Shown: positions 1 to 9,736 of the stretch, piece by piece
How positions within the stretch are numbered: the first letter of the stretch is position 1
How the letters are laid out: each line of letters starts with the position of its first letter
DNA from: an uncultured Prolixibacteraceae bacterium
GTDB lineage: Bacteria > Bacteroidota > Bacteroidia > Bacteroidales > Prolixibacteraceae
Reading direction: 5' to 3'
NCBI GenBank assembly: GCA_964393405.1
Contig: CAYMTR010000003.1
Span: forward strand, 58,915 to 122,914
DNA length: 64,000 nucleotides
Program-made: the position numbers and the translations under genes
The notes under the pieces: generated by a model
What the model saw: only the letters and a program-made list of their open reading frames with translations
Databases searched by the model: none
What the model was told of the DNA's origin: nothing

Positions 1-67
1 TAAGAGATGAGCTTCTACCTGATTTAAGATCCGGCAAACCAAAATATTATCTTGGAGATACAATCGA

Positions 68-1747
68 ATGAGAAATTTTAATTTGAATAATAGCCTCGAA
101 ATTAGAGTATTGACAATATTAGTGTTGTGCTTCTTTTTTCCAGGATGTAAAGTGACTAAGGAACAGCCGGGTGTGCCGGCAAATTATCAACCTGTTTTCA
201 ATCAGCTGCATAGAGAATATGTTAAAACTCCTTCTTCAAATGGAGCAAAACTTGATACAGTAATGAAAGTATGGTCAAATATTGAAGAAGTTTCAAAGGA
301 AATTAAAGACACATTGTTGATATATAATGAAATGGATTTTGTTGAAGGTAACCTTATTGTTGATGTTGAACTTATCAACGAGAAACCTCCGACAATGGAT
401 ACTTTTCTGATTGTTAAAGCTTATCTTTTCAATCCTGAACTTATTGATGTACTGTTTCCAGTCCTCGACGATTCTTTAAAAGCTGAAATATTGTTGTCAG
501 ATGATTCATTGAAAAATGACGAAATCGCACTAATTAATAATGACTTAGATATTATTTTTAAATCTGACTCTTTGTCATCGGTTGATTCAATACAGGATGT
601 TGCCAATGATTCAACCATTATTGATGTTGAGAATACTTTCAGATTCCTTTCTCGTGAGGAAATTAAAGCTGATTCAACCCGGGACTTGCTCGATATTGAT
701 AACATTTTAAGTGATCTTGAAAAGGAAACTAAATTAAAACTTAACGATTCTATCCTTTTGAGTCAATGTCGTTCAAATTATTTCAATGATTCATCTGTTC
801 TTATTATTACGGATACTGTAGTTAGAGAAGTATTTGATCCTTCTAAAGTTGTTCCCCAATTGCCTTTTGATGCTTTATGCAAGGAGAGTAGTGAGAAGTA
901 TGTTTCGTACGAAAAACTTGAGCACACAGATGTTTTGCATTTTAAGGTTTTTCATAAAAAATTCGAAGATTTATTTATGGATATGGTTATCGTTGAAGGC
1001 GGCGAATTAAAGTTGGGGAACAACGAGTTTGATGAGGATGAAAGACCGGCAACACCCATCGATGTGAGAAGTTTTATGATCAGCAAATATGAGGTTACTA
1101 ATCGTTACTTCATTTTTTTCCTCAATTTCATGGAGTGTGATACTTTAGGTCAGGTTGAAGGTTATTGGATTATAAATCTTGACAGTCCTGACACTAAAAT
1201 TAAATGGGATAAATATTCAAAAAGGTTTTTCGTGATGAAGGGATACGAAGATTATCCTGTTGTTAATGTAACATGGCAGGGGGCTCAGATGTTCTGCAAG
1301 GTGCTAAAAGGAAAACTGCCATCTGAAGCTCAATGGGAATATGCCGCAAAAGGAGGTAAATACGCTATTAGATATTTCACCGGAGTAGATAAAAAGGACT
1401 ATGATTACGAATACCGGTTTGCCGGGAGCAATTTTATGGGGGAATGTGGTTGGTTTGTTGATAACTCTTACGGAAGAACTCATATGGTTGGTATGTTAAA
1501 ACCGAACCAGCTTGGAATTCATGACATGTGTGGCAATGTCTGGGAGTGGTGTTATGATAAATATGATAAGGATTTTTATAAGAAGAACAACGATAGCCAC
1601 GATCCTGAATGGCTTGAAGGACCACCTGTCAGATCCAATAGAGGCGGAAGCTGGAGCAGCGATGCAATCTATTGCAGAATTACAAATCGAAATTATTTAT
1701 CACAGACCGAATGTAACCCTTATTTGGGCTTTAGATTTATGAAATAA
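68..1747 (+). CDS. Lipoprotein with C-terminal SUMF1/formylglycine-generating-enzyme-fold domain (GldJ/GldK-like, probably non-catalytic)
   Basis: 559-aa ORF. N-terminal signal peptide plus lipobox (LCFFFPGC), then an acidic D/S/L-rich middle region. C-terminal half has FGE-family motifs (PVVNVTWQGAQMFC, GNVWEWCYD, RGGSWSS, GFRF). Confidence 0.7.
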   Translation: MRNFNLNNSLEIRVLTILVLCFFFPGCKVTKEQPGVPANYQPVFNQLHREYVKTPSSNGAKLDTVMKVWSNIEEVSKEIKDTLLIYNEMDFVEGNLIVDVELINEKPPTMDTFLIVKAYLFNPELIDVLFPVLDDSLKAEILLSDDSLKNDEIALINNDLDIIFKSDSLSSVDSIQDVANDSTIIDVENTFRFLSREEIKADSTRDLLDIDNILSDLEKETKLKLNDSILLSQCRSNYFNDSSVLIITDTVVREVFDPSKVVPQLPFDALCKESSEKYVSYEKLEHTDVLHFKVFHKKFEDLFMDMVIVEGGELKLGNNEFDEDERPATPIDVRSFMISKYEVTNRYFIFFLNFMECDTLGQVEGYWIINLDSPDTKIKWDKYSKRFFVMKGYEDYPVVNVTWQGAQMFCKVLKGKLPSEAQWEYAAKGGKYAIRYFTGVDKKDYDYEYRFAGSNFMGECGWFVDNSYGRTHMVGMLKPNQLGIHDMCGNVWEWCYDKYDKDFYKKNNDSHDPEWLEGPPVRSNRGGSWSSDAIYCRITNRNYLSQTECNPYLGFRFMK

Positions 1748-1965
1748 ACATTATTGAAAGAAACACAAATCGTAATGAAAATAGGCATTCTGCGAAACAA
1801 CGTATAGAAATGGGGCTTATAAAATGTGTACGTTATAATACAAATTGCAATAACATTAAAAATAACAGATTTTTATTAATGTTATCTACAATTTTAGTTA
1901 ATTTAGATAGTTGAAATTATTACAAGTGTAACTTATATTTGTCGAACAACTAAAAACTAAAAGTC

Positions 1966-2079
1966 ATGTCAAAAGAAAAAAGCATAAAAAAAGAATCGAA
2001 CAAGAAAACACCGGAAAAGAATTTAAAAGAAAAGCGGGCTGCTAAAAAAGCTAAACACGACAGTAAAAGGAATGATTAG
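1966..2079 (+). CDS. Small lysine-rich basic protein (37 aa, MSKEKSIKKESNKKTPEKNLKEKRAAKKAKHDSKRND)
   Basis: ATG-to-TAG ORF below the track threshold. A TATATTTG box (Bacteroides -7-like TAnnTTTG) lies about 25 nt upstream, and a strong hairpin plus T-run follows at 2105..2146. Confidence 0.45.
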   Translation: MSKEKSIKKESNKKTPEKNLKEKRAAKKAKHDSKRND

Positions 2080-2104
2080 CTAATAATAGAAGAATTTGTT
2101 TAAC

Positions 2105-2146
2105 AGGTGTCATAAATCACTTTTATTGTGAAATGACACCTTTTTA
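2105..2146 (+). terminator. Intrinsic terminator after the small lysine-rich ORF
   Basis: AGGTGTCAT (2105-2113) pairs perfectly with ATGACACCT (2133-2141) and is followed by TTTTT. Confidence 0.6.
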
Positions 2147-2156
2147 ATTTTGTGTC

Positions 2157-3227
2157 ATGAAAGAAAAACAATTTGTATTTGGAATTATTGGGGCTGGAAT
2201 GATTGCAGAAAAGCACATTGCGGGACTTCAAAAATCTGGGAACGTTAAAATTAAATGGATAGCCCGTAAGGATGAAGAGAAACTTGCAGATATTTGCAAA
2301 AAATATAATATTCCACATGGTACAACAAATTATCATGATATTTTGAAAGATGAAGAGGTTGATGCTGTAGTGATTACAAGTCCTCCACAAATGCACTTCC
2401 AGATGTTTAAGGATGCAGTCGATTCTAAAAAACATATATTACTTGAAAAACCTGCCGCAATAAAAAAAGGACATTTGATTGAAATGCTAAGGTTGGCAAA
2501 CGAGAATCCCGATTTAATAATCAGTGATTGTTCTTCCAGACATGCTAGATTGCAACCTAAGTTTCTTAAAGTAAAAGAGATTATTGATTCAGGTAAGCTT
2601 GGAGATATTTATTTCATTCATCATAATTCAGTCGCCCGCCAGTCAAGACCGGGAATAGAATATCATCCATCAGCCAAATGGTTTCTGAATAAAGAAATTG
2701 CAGGTGGTGGTGTTTTGTTTGACTGGGGAGTTTATGATTTGTCATTCCATCTTGGAGTGTTGAACGATAAACCTGAATTGTTGGATTTCAAATTGCTTTT
2801 TATGAAAAACGGTCTTGATAAAAAAGATCCAGAAACCAATATTTTTGATGTTGAGGAGCATTTTGCAGTGAGCATGGACATGAGCAATGATCTGAAATAT
2901 TATTGGGAACATGCAACAAATGCTAATATGGAAGCAGAAAATGAAACTCGCATATACGGTACTAAAGGTGGTATTAAGCTGTCTTTCTGTTCTTGGGAGA
3001 AAAACATCATTGAGTTTTTCTATGTTGATGAAGATGGAAAGGGTAAAGCGGTCAAAGAAGTCATTGAGATAGATATGAGTAAGCAGGAAGATAACGATGC
3101 TTTATCCAAGCATTTTGTAAATGTTCTTTTGGGAAAAGAAAAAAATGCAATGCCTCTTTCACTTGCGGCAAAGCACCTTGATATAATATATCGAATTTAT
3201 GATAGCGCTATAGAGTTTAAAGGATAA
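2157..3227 (+). CDS. Gfo/Idh/MocA family NAD(P)-dependent oxidoreductase
   Basis: 356 aa. N-terminal Rossmann motif FGIIGAGMIAEKH, an EKP motif, and length typical of the family. Confidence 0.8.
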   Translation: MKEKQFVFGIIGAGMIAEKHIAGLQKSGNVKIKWIARKDEEKLADICKKYNIPHGTTNYHDILKDEEVDAVVITSPPQMHFQMFKDAVDSKKHILLEKPAAIKKGHLIEMLRLANENPDLIISDCSSRHARLQPKFLKVKEIIDSGKLGDIYFIHHNSVARQSRPGIEYHPSAKWFLNKEIAGGGVLFDWGVYDLSFHLGVLNDKPELLDFKLLFMKNGLDKKDPETNIFDVEEHFAVSMDMSNDLKYYWEHATNANMEAENETRIYGTKGGIKLSFCSWEKNIIEFFYVDEDGKGKAVKEVIEIDMSKQEDNDALSKHFVNVLLGKEKNAMPLSLAAKHLDIIYRIYDSAIEFKG

Positions 3228-3361
3228 AACATTGTATTTACAAATTATACGTACTTTTAAAACATTCGGCCTCCCAATTTGTCTGCATTCTGATTTTTCT
3301 CTGTTCATTTATTGAATAATCTGTCCTAAATTTGACTTCGATCAATTCAATTATTTTATAT

Positions 3362-5107
3362 ATGAGCAAATTAAAATTAACATTGGTTTTAGTTTTTTCA
3401 GGAATTCTTTTCCTGAATTATTCTGCAGCGCAAAATGATATTGTGCAGATAACGGGAAATTATAAAATTCCTGTATGCCCCGAATGGTCGCATAATGCTG
3501 TTTTTTATCAAATTTATCCGCAGACTTATTACGACACAGATGGCGATGGCATTGGAGATTTAAAAGGTATTATTGAAAAAATGGACTATATCAAAAGTCT
3601 TGGTGTTGATGCTATTTGGCTTAATCCCTTTTTCGATTCTCCGTTTCGGGATGCAGGTTACGACATCTCTGATTATTATAAAGTTGCTCCACGTTACGGT
3701 ACAAACGAAGATGCTAAACGTCTTTTTGCTGAAGCACATAAACGAGGAATAAAGGTAATTTTCGATTGGGTAATAAGTTATACTTCAATTGATCATCCTT
3801 GGTTTGTTGAATCAGCAAAGCAAGAGCCAAACAAATATTCCAACTGGTACATTTGGACAAACAATACTTGGGTTAATCCACCTGATGCTTATAAAGATTC
3901 ATTCATTAAAGGTTACAGCAGAAGGAATGGTCAGTTTATGAGAAATTTTTACTGGAGTCAGCCTGCTCTTAACTTTGGTTTTGCTAAACCTGAAGAACCA
4001 TGGATGCTTCCTACTGATCATCCCGATATCAAAGCAATGAAAGAAGAACTTAAAAATGTACTTAGGTTTTGGATGGATATGGGTGCCGATGGTTTCAGAG
4101 CTGATATGGCTGGTGCCTTGGTGAAGAATGCAAACATTACAGGAAATGATCAGTTTTTTAATGCAAGAGATGAAGGTACAAAACAATTCTGGCAGGAAAT
4201 ACGGCAGTTAATGGACAAGGAGTATCCGGGTTCTTTTATGGTTGCTGAATGGTCAGGTCCCAAAGATGCTTTAGACAATGCATTTCACACCGATTTCTTT
4301 CATTGGTTTTGGGGATATAACGATCTTACTCAAAAGGAAAGTTGGAGAATTTTAAATGGATATTCTGAAGGACATAGCTTCTTCGATAAAGAGGGTAAAG
4401 GAAACATCAAAACCTTCCTCGATAGTTATATGGAGCAATATCTTGCAACTAAGGATATTGGTTACATTACAATTCCAATGGGCAACCATGATAACGCAAG
4501 AATCAACGTAAATCGTTCATACAAAGAGCTTGAAATGATTTATGCTTTCGGTCTTACAATGCCGGGTATACCATTTGTTTATTATGGGAACGAAATTGGA
4601 ATGCGCCAGCTTTACAATATGCCAAATGTTGAGGGAGCATATCCTCCACGCTCGGGAAACCGAACTCCAATGCAATGGGCTCAAGGCAAAAATCTTGGAT
4701 TCTCAACCGGCGATCCGTCCAATTTATATTTACCTGTTGATAACGCTCCTGATGCACCAACTGTTGATGTTCAGGAAAAGGATTCAAAATCTTTATTGAA
4801 TAATTTTAGAAAGCTTGTTAATATAAAGGGTAACGAAGTAGCCTTAACTGCGTATGCAGAATTCGTACCTGTTTATGCAAAAGAAAATTCATATCCTTTT
4901 ATATATGCCCGAGCAAGTGGTAATGAGGTTATTCTGTGTGTGTTTAATCCTGCCAATAGGCCGGAAAAGGCTGATTTCAAAATCAACCTCAAGGTCAAAG
5001 GATTTACCTTACTAGCCGGGGACGAATTAAAAATTAAAGCTAAAGGAGAAAATATTTCAGTTGAAGTACCAGCAATTAGTTATGCTTTATATAAACTGAA
5101 ACAATAA
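3362..5107 (+). CDS. Secreted GH13 alpha-amylase-family glycoside hydrolase (alpha-glucosidase/oligo-1,6-glucosidase-like)
   Basis: GH13 conserved regions YQIYPQTYYDTDGDGIGDLKGI, GADGFRADMAG, VAEW and GNHDN. Signal peptide follows the in-frame ATG at 3362; the track start at 3332 is TTG. Confidence 0.85.
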   Translation: MSKLKLTLVLVFSGILFLNYSAAQNDIVQITGNYKIPVCPEWSHNAVFYQIYPQTYYDTDGDGIGDLKGIIEKMDYIKSLGVDAIWLNPFFDSPFRDAGYDISDYYKVAPRYGTNEDAKRLFAEAHKRGIKVIFDWVISYTSIDHPWFVESAKQEPNKYSNWYIWTNNTWVNPPDAYKDSFIKGYSRRNGQFMRNFYWSQPALNFGFAKPEEPWMLPTDHPDIKAMKEELKNVLRFWMDMGADGFRADMAGALVKNANITGNDQFFNARDEGTKQFWQEIRQLMDKEYPGSFMVAEWSGPKDALDNAFHTDFFHWFWGYNDLTQKESWRILNGYSEGHSFFDKEGKGNIKTFLDSYMEQYLATKDIGYITIPMGNHDNARINVNRSYKELEMIYAFGLTMPGIPFVYYGNEIGMRQLYNMPNVEGAYPPRSGNRTPMQWAQGKNLGFSTGDPSNLYLPVDNAPDAPTVDVQEKDSKSLLNNFRKLVNIKGNEVALTAYAEFVPVYAKENSYPFIYARASGNEVILCVFNPANRPEKADFKINLKVKGFTLLAGDELKIKAKGENISVEVPAISYALYKLKQ

Positions 5108-5141
5108 ATGTTTGGAAAGTAAAATCATAGATTTTCTAAAA

Positions 5142-5175
5142 AGGAGGTTGTCTTAAAAAGGCAACCTCTTGTTAT
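5142..5175 (+). terminator. Probable terminator of the GH13 gene
   Basis: GAGGTTG/CAACCTC stem, extendable with G-U pairs. The downstream T-tract is weak. Confidence 0.4.
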
Positions 5176-5183
5176 GTAAATAA

Positions 5184-5225
5184 CTTCAAATCCTATATGA
5201 AATAACTTCATGATAGGATTTGAAG
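5184..5225 (-). terminator. Probable terminator of carB
   Basis: Perfect 13-bp inverted repeat CTTCAAATCCTAT / ATAGGATTTGAAG immediately downstream of the carB stop, with a T-rich flank on the minus strand. Confidence 0.5.
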
Positions 5226-5240
5226 GCTATTTAATAATAG

Positions 5241-8200
5241 TTAATATTCTCCCCAGCTTTTAATAGCTAAATCCTTAACATCATATTTGCAGAAAGCATT
5301 AATGAAAGCACTAGCAACACGTGCATTGGTTATAAGAGGGATATTGTAATCAATTGCTTTTCTTCTGATATAATATCCATTGCTTAACTCGCGAGTTGTA
5401 TGGTCTTTGGGGATATTAATAACTAAATCGAGTTTCTTTTCTCTTATATACTCATTGATGTTTGGTTTGAACTCCTCTTCATCAGGCCAATGTATTAAGT
5501 TACATTTCACATTGTTGTCTCTTAAAAATCTGTATGTACCATCAGTTGCGTATATATTGAACCCCTTTTCGGCAAGAAGTAATGCCGGCTTAAGTAATTC
5601 AACTTTTGATTTAGTTGGTCCCGAGGAGATTAGAATATTCTTTTTTGGGATTCTGTAGCCAACTGAAAGCATCGATTTTAATATTGCTTCATAAAAATTA
5701 TCGCCTAGGCAGGCTACTTCTCCTGTTGAACTCATATCTACTCCTAATACAGGATCGGCATTTAAAAGTCGGTGGAATGAAAATTGAGGTGCTTTGACTC
5801 CAACATATTCCAATTCAAATAACGATTTATCAGGTTTGGAATAAGGCACTCCCAGCATTACTTTTGTTGCAAGTTCAATCATATTGATTTTCATTACTTT
5901 TGATACAAAAGGAAAACTTCTTGAAGCTCTTAGATTACACTCAATTACCTTAATGTCGTTATCCTTAGCTAAGAGCTGCATGTTGAAAGGTCCTGATATT
6001 TCGAGCCCTTTTGCTACTTCACGGGATATCTTTTTTATTCTCCTTATAGTCTCGATATAAAGCTTTTGAGGAGGAAAAACTATAGTTGCATCTCCGGAAT
6101 GAACACCGGCAAATTCAACATGCTCTGAAATAGCGTAGGCAATTATTTCACCTTTATCAGCAACAGCATCAATTTCAATTTCTTTTGCTTGTTCAATGAA
6201 CTCCGAAACAACAACAGGATGTTCTTTTGAAACAATAGATGCTAGGTTTAAAAAATGCTCAAGTTGGTCGCTGTTTGAAACAACATTCATTGCTGCCCCT
6301 GAAAGTACATAAGAAGGGCGAATCAAAACCGGGAACCCTACTTCTTCGATAAATATCTGAATATCTTCAATGGTTGAAAGTTCTTTCCACCTAGGTTGAT
6401 CAACCCCAATAGTGTCAAGTAGTGATGAGAACTTCTTACGGTCTTCTGCATTATCGATTTTCACAGGAGAAGTACCTAAAATGTGTACTCCTTGGTTGAA
6501 AAGCTTCATAGCCAGATTGTTTGGTATCTGCCCACCTGTTGAAACAATAGTACCCCCCGGCTGTTCAAGATCAATTATATCCATTACCCTTTCAAATGAA
6601 AGTTCATCGAAATACAAACGATCGCAGTTGTCGTAGTCAGTACTAACTGTTTCAGGGTTATAGTTAATCATGATTGAACGATAGCCCTCTTTTCTGATAG
6701 TATTTACAGCATTTACACCGCACCAGTCAAATTCAACTGATGATCCTATTCTGTAAGCTCCTGATCCAAGAACAATTACTGATTTATTGTCATGTTGAAA
6801 TTCAATGTCGTGTTCAACTCCATTGTATGTTACATAAAGATAGTTGGTTTGAGCAGGGTATTCTCCAGCTAAAGTATCTATCTGTTTTATAAATGGGGTG
6901 ATACCTCTTTTTTTCCTATATTCTCTAACAGCAAGTTGCCCTGCAAACATACCTGAAATTGTAGGTTTTAGAACCATGCGGGCAATCTGGAAGTCGGAAT
7001 ATCCAATTTTTTTGGATTGAAGAATAATCTCATCAGGAAGGTCTTCTAATTTGTCGTATCTTCTTAAAATACAACGCATTTTGTAGATGCCTTCAAGTTT
7101 TTGAAGGAACCATCTGTCTATTTTAGTTCTTTCGTAAATTTCATCGACGGTATAATCTTTATGAAAAGCTTCAGCAATGGCAAAAATCCTACGGTCAGTA
7201 GGGTTAGTGAGTTCTTCTTCTATTGCATCGATAGTGATTTCTTCTCGGTTACCTACAAATCCATGCATTCCTTGTCCGATCATTCTGAGTCCTTTCTGGA
7301 TGGCTTCTTCAAAATTTCGTCCAATAGCCATAATTTCTCCGACAGACTTCATAGAACTTCCAATTTGTTTTGAAACTCCTACAAATTTACCGAGGTCCCA
7401 GCGCGGTATTTTACAAACAACATAATCAAGTGCCGGTTCAAAACAGGCAGTAGTAACTTTTGTGACTGAGTTTTTAAGTTCATGCAAGCCATAACCCATG
7501 CCAAGTTTGGCAGCTACGAAAGCAAGAGGATAACCAGTTGCTTTTGAAGCAAGAGCTGAAGAACGGCTTAATCTGGCGTTAACTTCAATTACACGGTAGT
7601 CTTCAGAAAAAGGATCAAGGGCAAACTGAACATTACATTCACCTATAACTCCTATCCGACGTATAATTCTGATCGAAAGCTCCCTAAGTTTATTGTATTC
7701 TTTATTTGATAAGGTTTGTGAAGGGGCAACTACAATACTTTCACCGGTATGAATGCCTAATGGATCAAAGTTTTCCATGTTGCAAACTGTTATACAGTTG
7801 TCGTATTGATCCCTTACAACTTCATATTCAACTTCTTTCCATCCTTTTATAGATTCTTCTACAAGAATTTGAGGTGAGTATGAAAATGCGTTTGATGCCC
7901 TAATTTCAAGTTCTTCCATGTTAGAGCAGAATCCTGAGCCTAATCCCCCTAAAGTATACGCAGCACGTATAATTATTGGGAACCCAACAGTCTCGACGGC
8001 CTTTCTGGCTTCGTCCATATTTTTGCATGCGATACTTGCTGGAGTTTTTACATCAATGCTATGTAAAATCTTAGCGAAAATATCCCTGTCTTCAGTGTCA
8101 ATAATTGATTGAACAGGAGTTCCTAAAACTTCAAGGTTGTATTTCTCAAGTACTCCTGATTCGTATAAAGCTACTCCGCAGTTGAGTGCTGTTTGTCCAC

Positions 8201-8474
8201 CAAAAGCAAGTAGAATGCCATCCGGATTTTCTTTTTTGATAACCTCTTCAACAAAAAAAGGAGTGACAGGTAAGAAATATATTTTATCAGCAATCTCTTC
8301 GGAAGTTTGAATAGTTGCTATGTTTGGATTTATCAAGATGGTTTCGATCCCTTCTTCTTTCAAGGCTTTTAATGCTTGGGATCCAGAATAGTCGAATTCT
8401 CCTGCTTCTCCAATTTTAAGTGCACCTGACCCTAAAACTATTGCTTTCTTAATATGTGATTTAAAATTTTTCAT
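5241..8474 (-). CDS. carB: Carbamoyl-phosphate synthase large subunit
   Basis: 1077 aa. Duplicated ATP-grasp halves, N-terminus GSGALKIGEAGEFDYSGSQA, C-terminal MGS-like domain. Lies directly downstream of carA. Confidence 0.97.
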   Translation of the reverse strand: MKNFKSHIKKAIVLGSGALKIGEAGEFDYSGSQALKALKEEGIETILINPNIATIQTSEEIADKIYFLPVTPFFVEEVIKKENPDGILLAFGGQTALNCGVALYESGVLEKYNLEVLGTPVQSIIDTEDRDIFAKILHSIDVKTPASIACKNMDEARKAVETVGFPIIIRAAYTLGGLGSGFCSNMEELEIRASNAFSYSPQILVEESIKGWKEVEYEVVRDQYDNCITVCNMENFDPLGIHTGESIVVAPSQTLSNKEYNKLRELSIRIIRRIGVIGECNVQFALDPFSEDYRVIEVNARLSRSSALASKATGYPLAFVAAKLGMGYGLHELKNSVTKVTTACFEPALDYVVCKIPRWDLGKFVGVSKQIGSSMKSVGEIMAIGRNFEEAIQKGLRMIGQGMHGFVGNREEITIDAIEEELTNPTDRRIFAIAEAFHKDYTVDEIYERTKIDRWFLQKLEGIYKMRCILRRYDKLEDLPDEIILQSKKIGYSDFQIARMVLKPTISGMFAGQLAVREYRKKRGITPFIKQIDTLAGEYPAQTNYLYVTYNGVEHDIEFQHDNKSVIVLGSGAYRIGSSVEFDWCGVNAVNTIRKEGYRSIMINYNPETVSTDYDNCDRLYFDELSFERVMDIIDLEQPGGTIVSTGGQIPNNLAMKLFNQGVHILGTSPVKIDNAEDRKKFSSLLDTIGVDQPRWKELSTIEDIQIFIEEVGFPVLIRPSYVLSGAAMNVVSNSDQLEHFLNLASIVSKEHPVVVSEFIEQAKEIEIDAVADKGEIIAYAISEHVEFAGVHSGDATIVFPPQKLYIETIRRIKKISREVAKGLEISGPFNMQLLAKDNDIKVIECNLRASRSFPFVSKVMKINMIELATKVMLGVPYSKPDKSLFELEYVGVKAPQFSFHRLLNADPVLGVDMSSTGEVACLGDNFYEAILKSMLSVGYRIPKKNILISSGPTKSKVELLKPALLLAEKGFNIYATDGTYRFLRDNNVKCNLIHWPDEEEFKPNINEYIREKKLDLVINIPKDHTTRELSNGYYIRRKAIDYNIPLITNARVASAFINAFCKYDVKDLAIKSWGEY

Positions 8475-8478
8475 TAGT

Positions 8479-9555
8479 TCAAGATTTAGAGATTTTCCTG
8501 ATATTATTTACAAAATCGTCGAAAAGGAATTCGGTATCAACCGGTCCGCTTGATGCTTCAGGATGAAATTGAGCAGAAAAGAAAGGTTTGGTTTTATGTT
8601 TAATCCCTTCGTTTGTATTATCATTAACATTTATGAAGAGTGGTTCCCAATCGTTCGAAATAGTTTCATTGATAATAGCATAGCCATGATTCTGAGATGT
8701 GATGAAACACCTGTTAGTTCCGGCAAGAAGAACAGGTTGATTGTGACTACGGTGCCCATATTTAAGCTTATAGGTTTCAGCACCTGCAGCCCTTGCAAGT
8801 AGCTGATTTCCTAAGCAAATACCCATAATGGGTTTGTTTGCTTTCATTGCTTCTTTTAAGTATTCGACAGTCTTTTCACAAATTGCAGGGTCGCCCGGAC
8901 CGTTTGATAGAAATAAGCCATCGAAATCTTCATTCAGATAGTTGTAATCCCAGGGCACTCTTTTAACTTTTACTCCTCTATCTATGAGACAGCGAATAAT
9001 ATAGTTTTTCACGCCACAATCGACCAAAACAACATTAATATCTCCTTCCCCGTAAGTTATTGTATTATCGCAGCTAACTTTAGCAACTAAATTCTCGAGA
9101 TTTGGATTGTAAAAATCTATTGGATCGTCTTCAAATTCAATTTTTCCAAGAAGCGAACCTTTTTCTCTGAGAACTTTTGTCAAAGCCCTTGTATCTACAT
9201 CGTATAAGCCGGGAATTTCGTTTTCTTTAAACCAATCGGCAAGACTTTTAACAGCATTCCAGTGGCTATATTCGAATGAATAATCCGAAATTATTAAACC
9301 TGAAACCTGTATCTTATCTGATTCAAAGAAATTGTGAATGCCATTTTTTATTGAATCATCCGGTACTCCATAATTACCTATCATAGGGAAAGTAGAAACC
9401 AAGATCTGACCACAATAAGAGGGGTCTGTTAAACTTTCAGGATACCCTACCATAGCAGTATGAAAAACAACTTCTCCTGAAATTGATTTTTCGCAGCCAA
9501 AAGATTTGCCTGTAAATACAGATCCATCTTCCAAAATAAGCTTTACTTTTTTCAA
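8479..9555 (-). CDS. carA: Carbamoyl-phosphate synthase small (glutaminase) subunit; TTG start
   Basis: 358 aa. Motifs GYPESLTDPSY, catalytic GICLGNQLL and HGYAI. The only in-frame canonical start at the conserved N-terminus (MKKVKLILEDG) is TTG. Confidence 0.95.
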   Translation of the reverse strand: MKKVKLILEDGSVFTGKSFGCEKSISGEVVFHTAMVGYPESLTDPSYCGQILVSTFPMIGNYGVPDDSIKNGIHNFFESDKIQVSGLIISDYSFEYSHWNAVKSLADWFKENEIPGLYDVDTRALTKVLREKGSLLGKIEFEDDPIDFYNPNLENLVAKVSCDNTITYGEGDINVVLVDCGVKNYIIRCLIDRGVKVKRVPWDYNYLNEDFDGLFLSNGPGDPAICEKTVEYLKEAMKANKPIMGICLGNQLLARAAGAETYKLKYGHRSHNQPVLLAGTNRCFITSQNHGYAIINETISNDWEPLFINVNDNTNEGIKHKTKPFFSAQFHPEASSGPVDTEFLFDDFVNNIRKISKS

Positions 9556-9577
9556 TGTTATTCTATTTTTTGAATTG

Positions 9578-9646
9578 CTACATAAAAAAAATGCGTTTAT
9601 CTGTTTTAACAGTTAAACGCATTTGCATCTTTTTAAAAACTCCCAT
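9578..9646 (-). promoter_or_regulatory. carAB leader: sense-strand intrinsic terminator (9583..9623) fully spanned by a 22-codon mini-ORF (MGVFKKMQMRLTVKTDKRIFFM)
   Basis: On the minus strand AATGCGTTTA-ACTGT-TAAA-ACAG-A-TAAACGCATT is followed by T8, ending 28 nt before the carA TTG. The ORF starts at ATG 9646 and stops at TAG 9578-9580, just past the T-tract. Confidence 0.6.
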
Positions 9647-9736
9647 TTAAATATCTTCGATCTCACTGGATTTGCTGTTTTAAATTCACGACAAAAATAA
9701 TAAACTTTCTTAAAAATTTATTGCACTATAAATATT

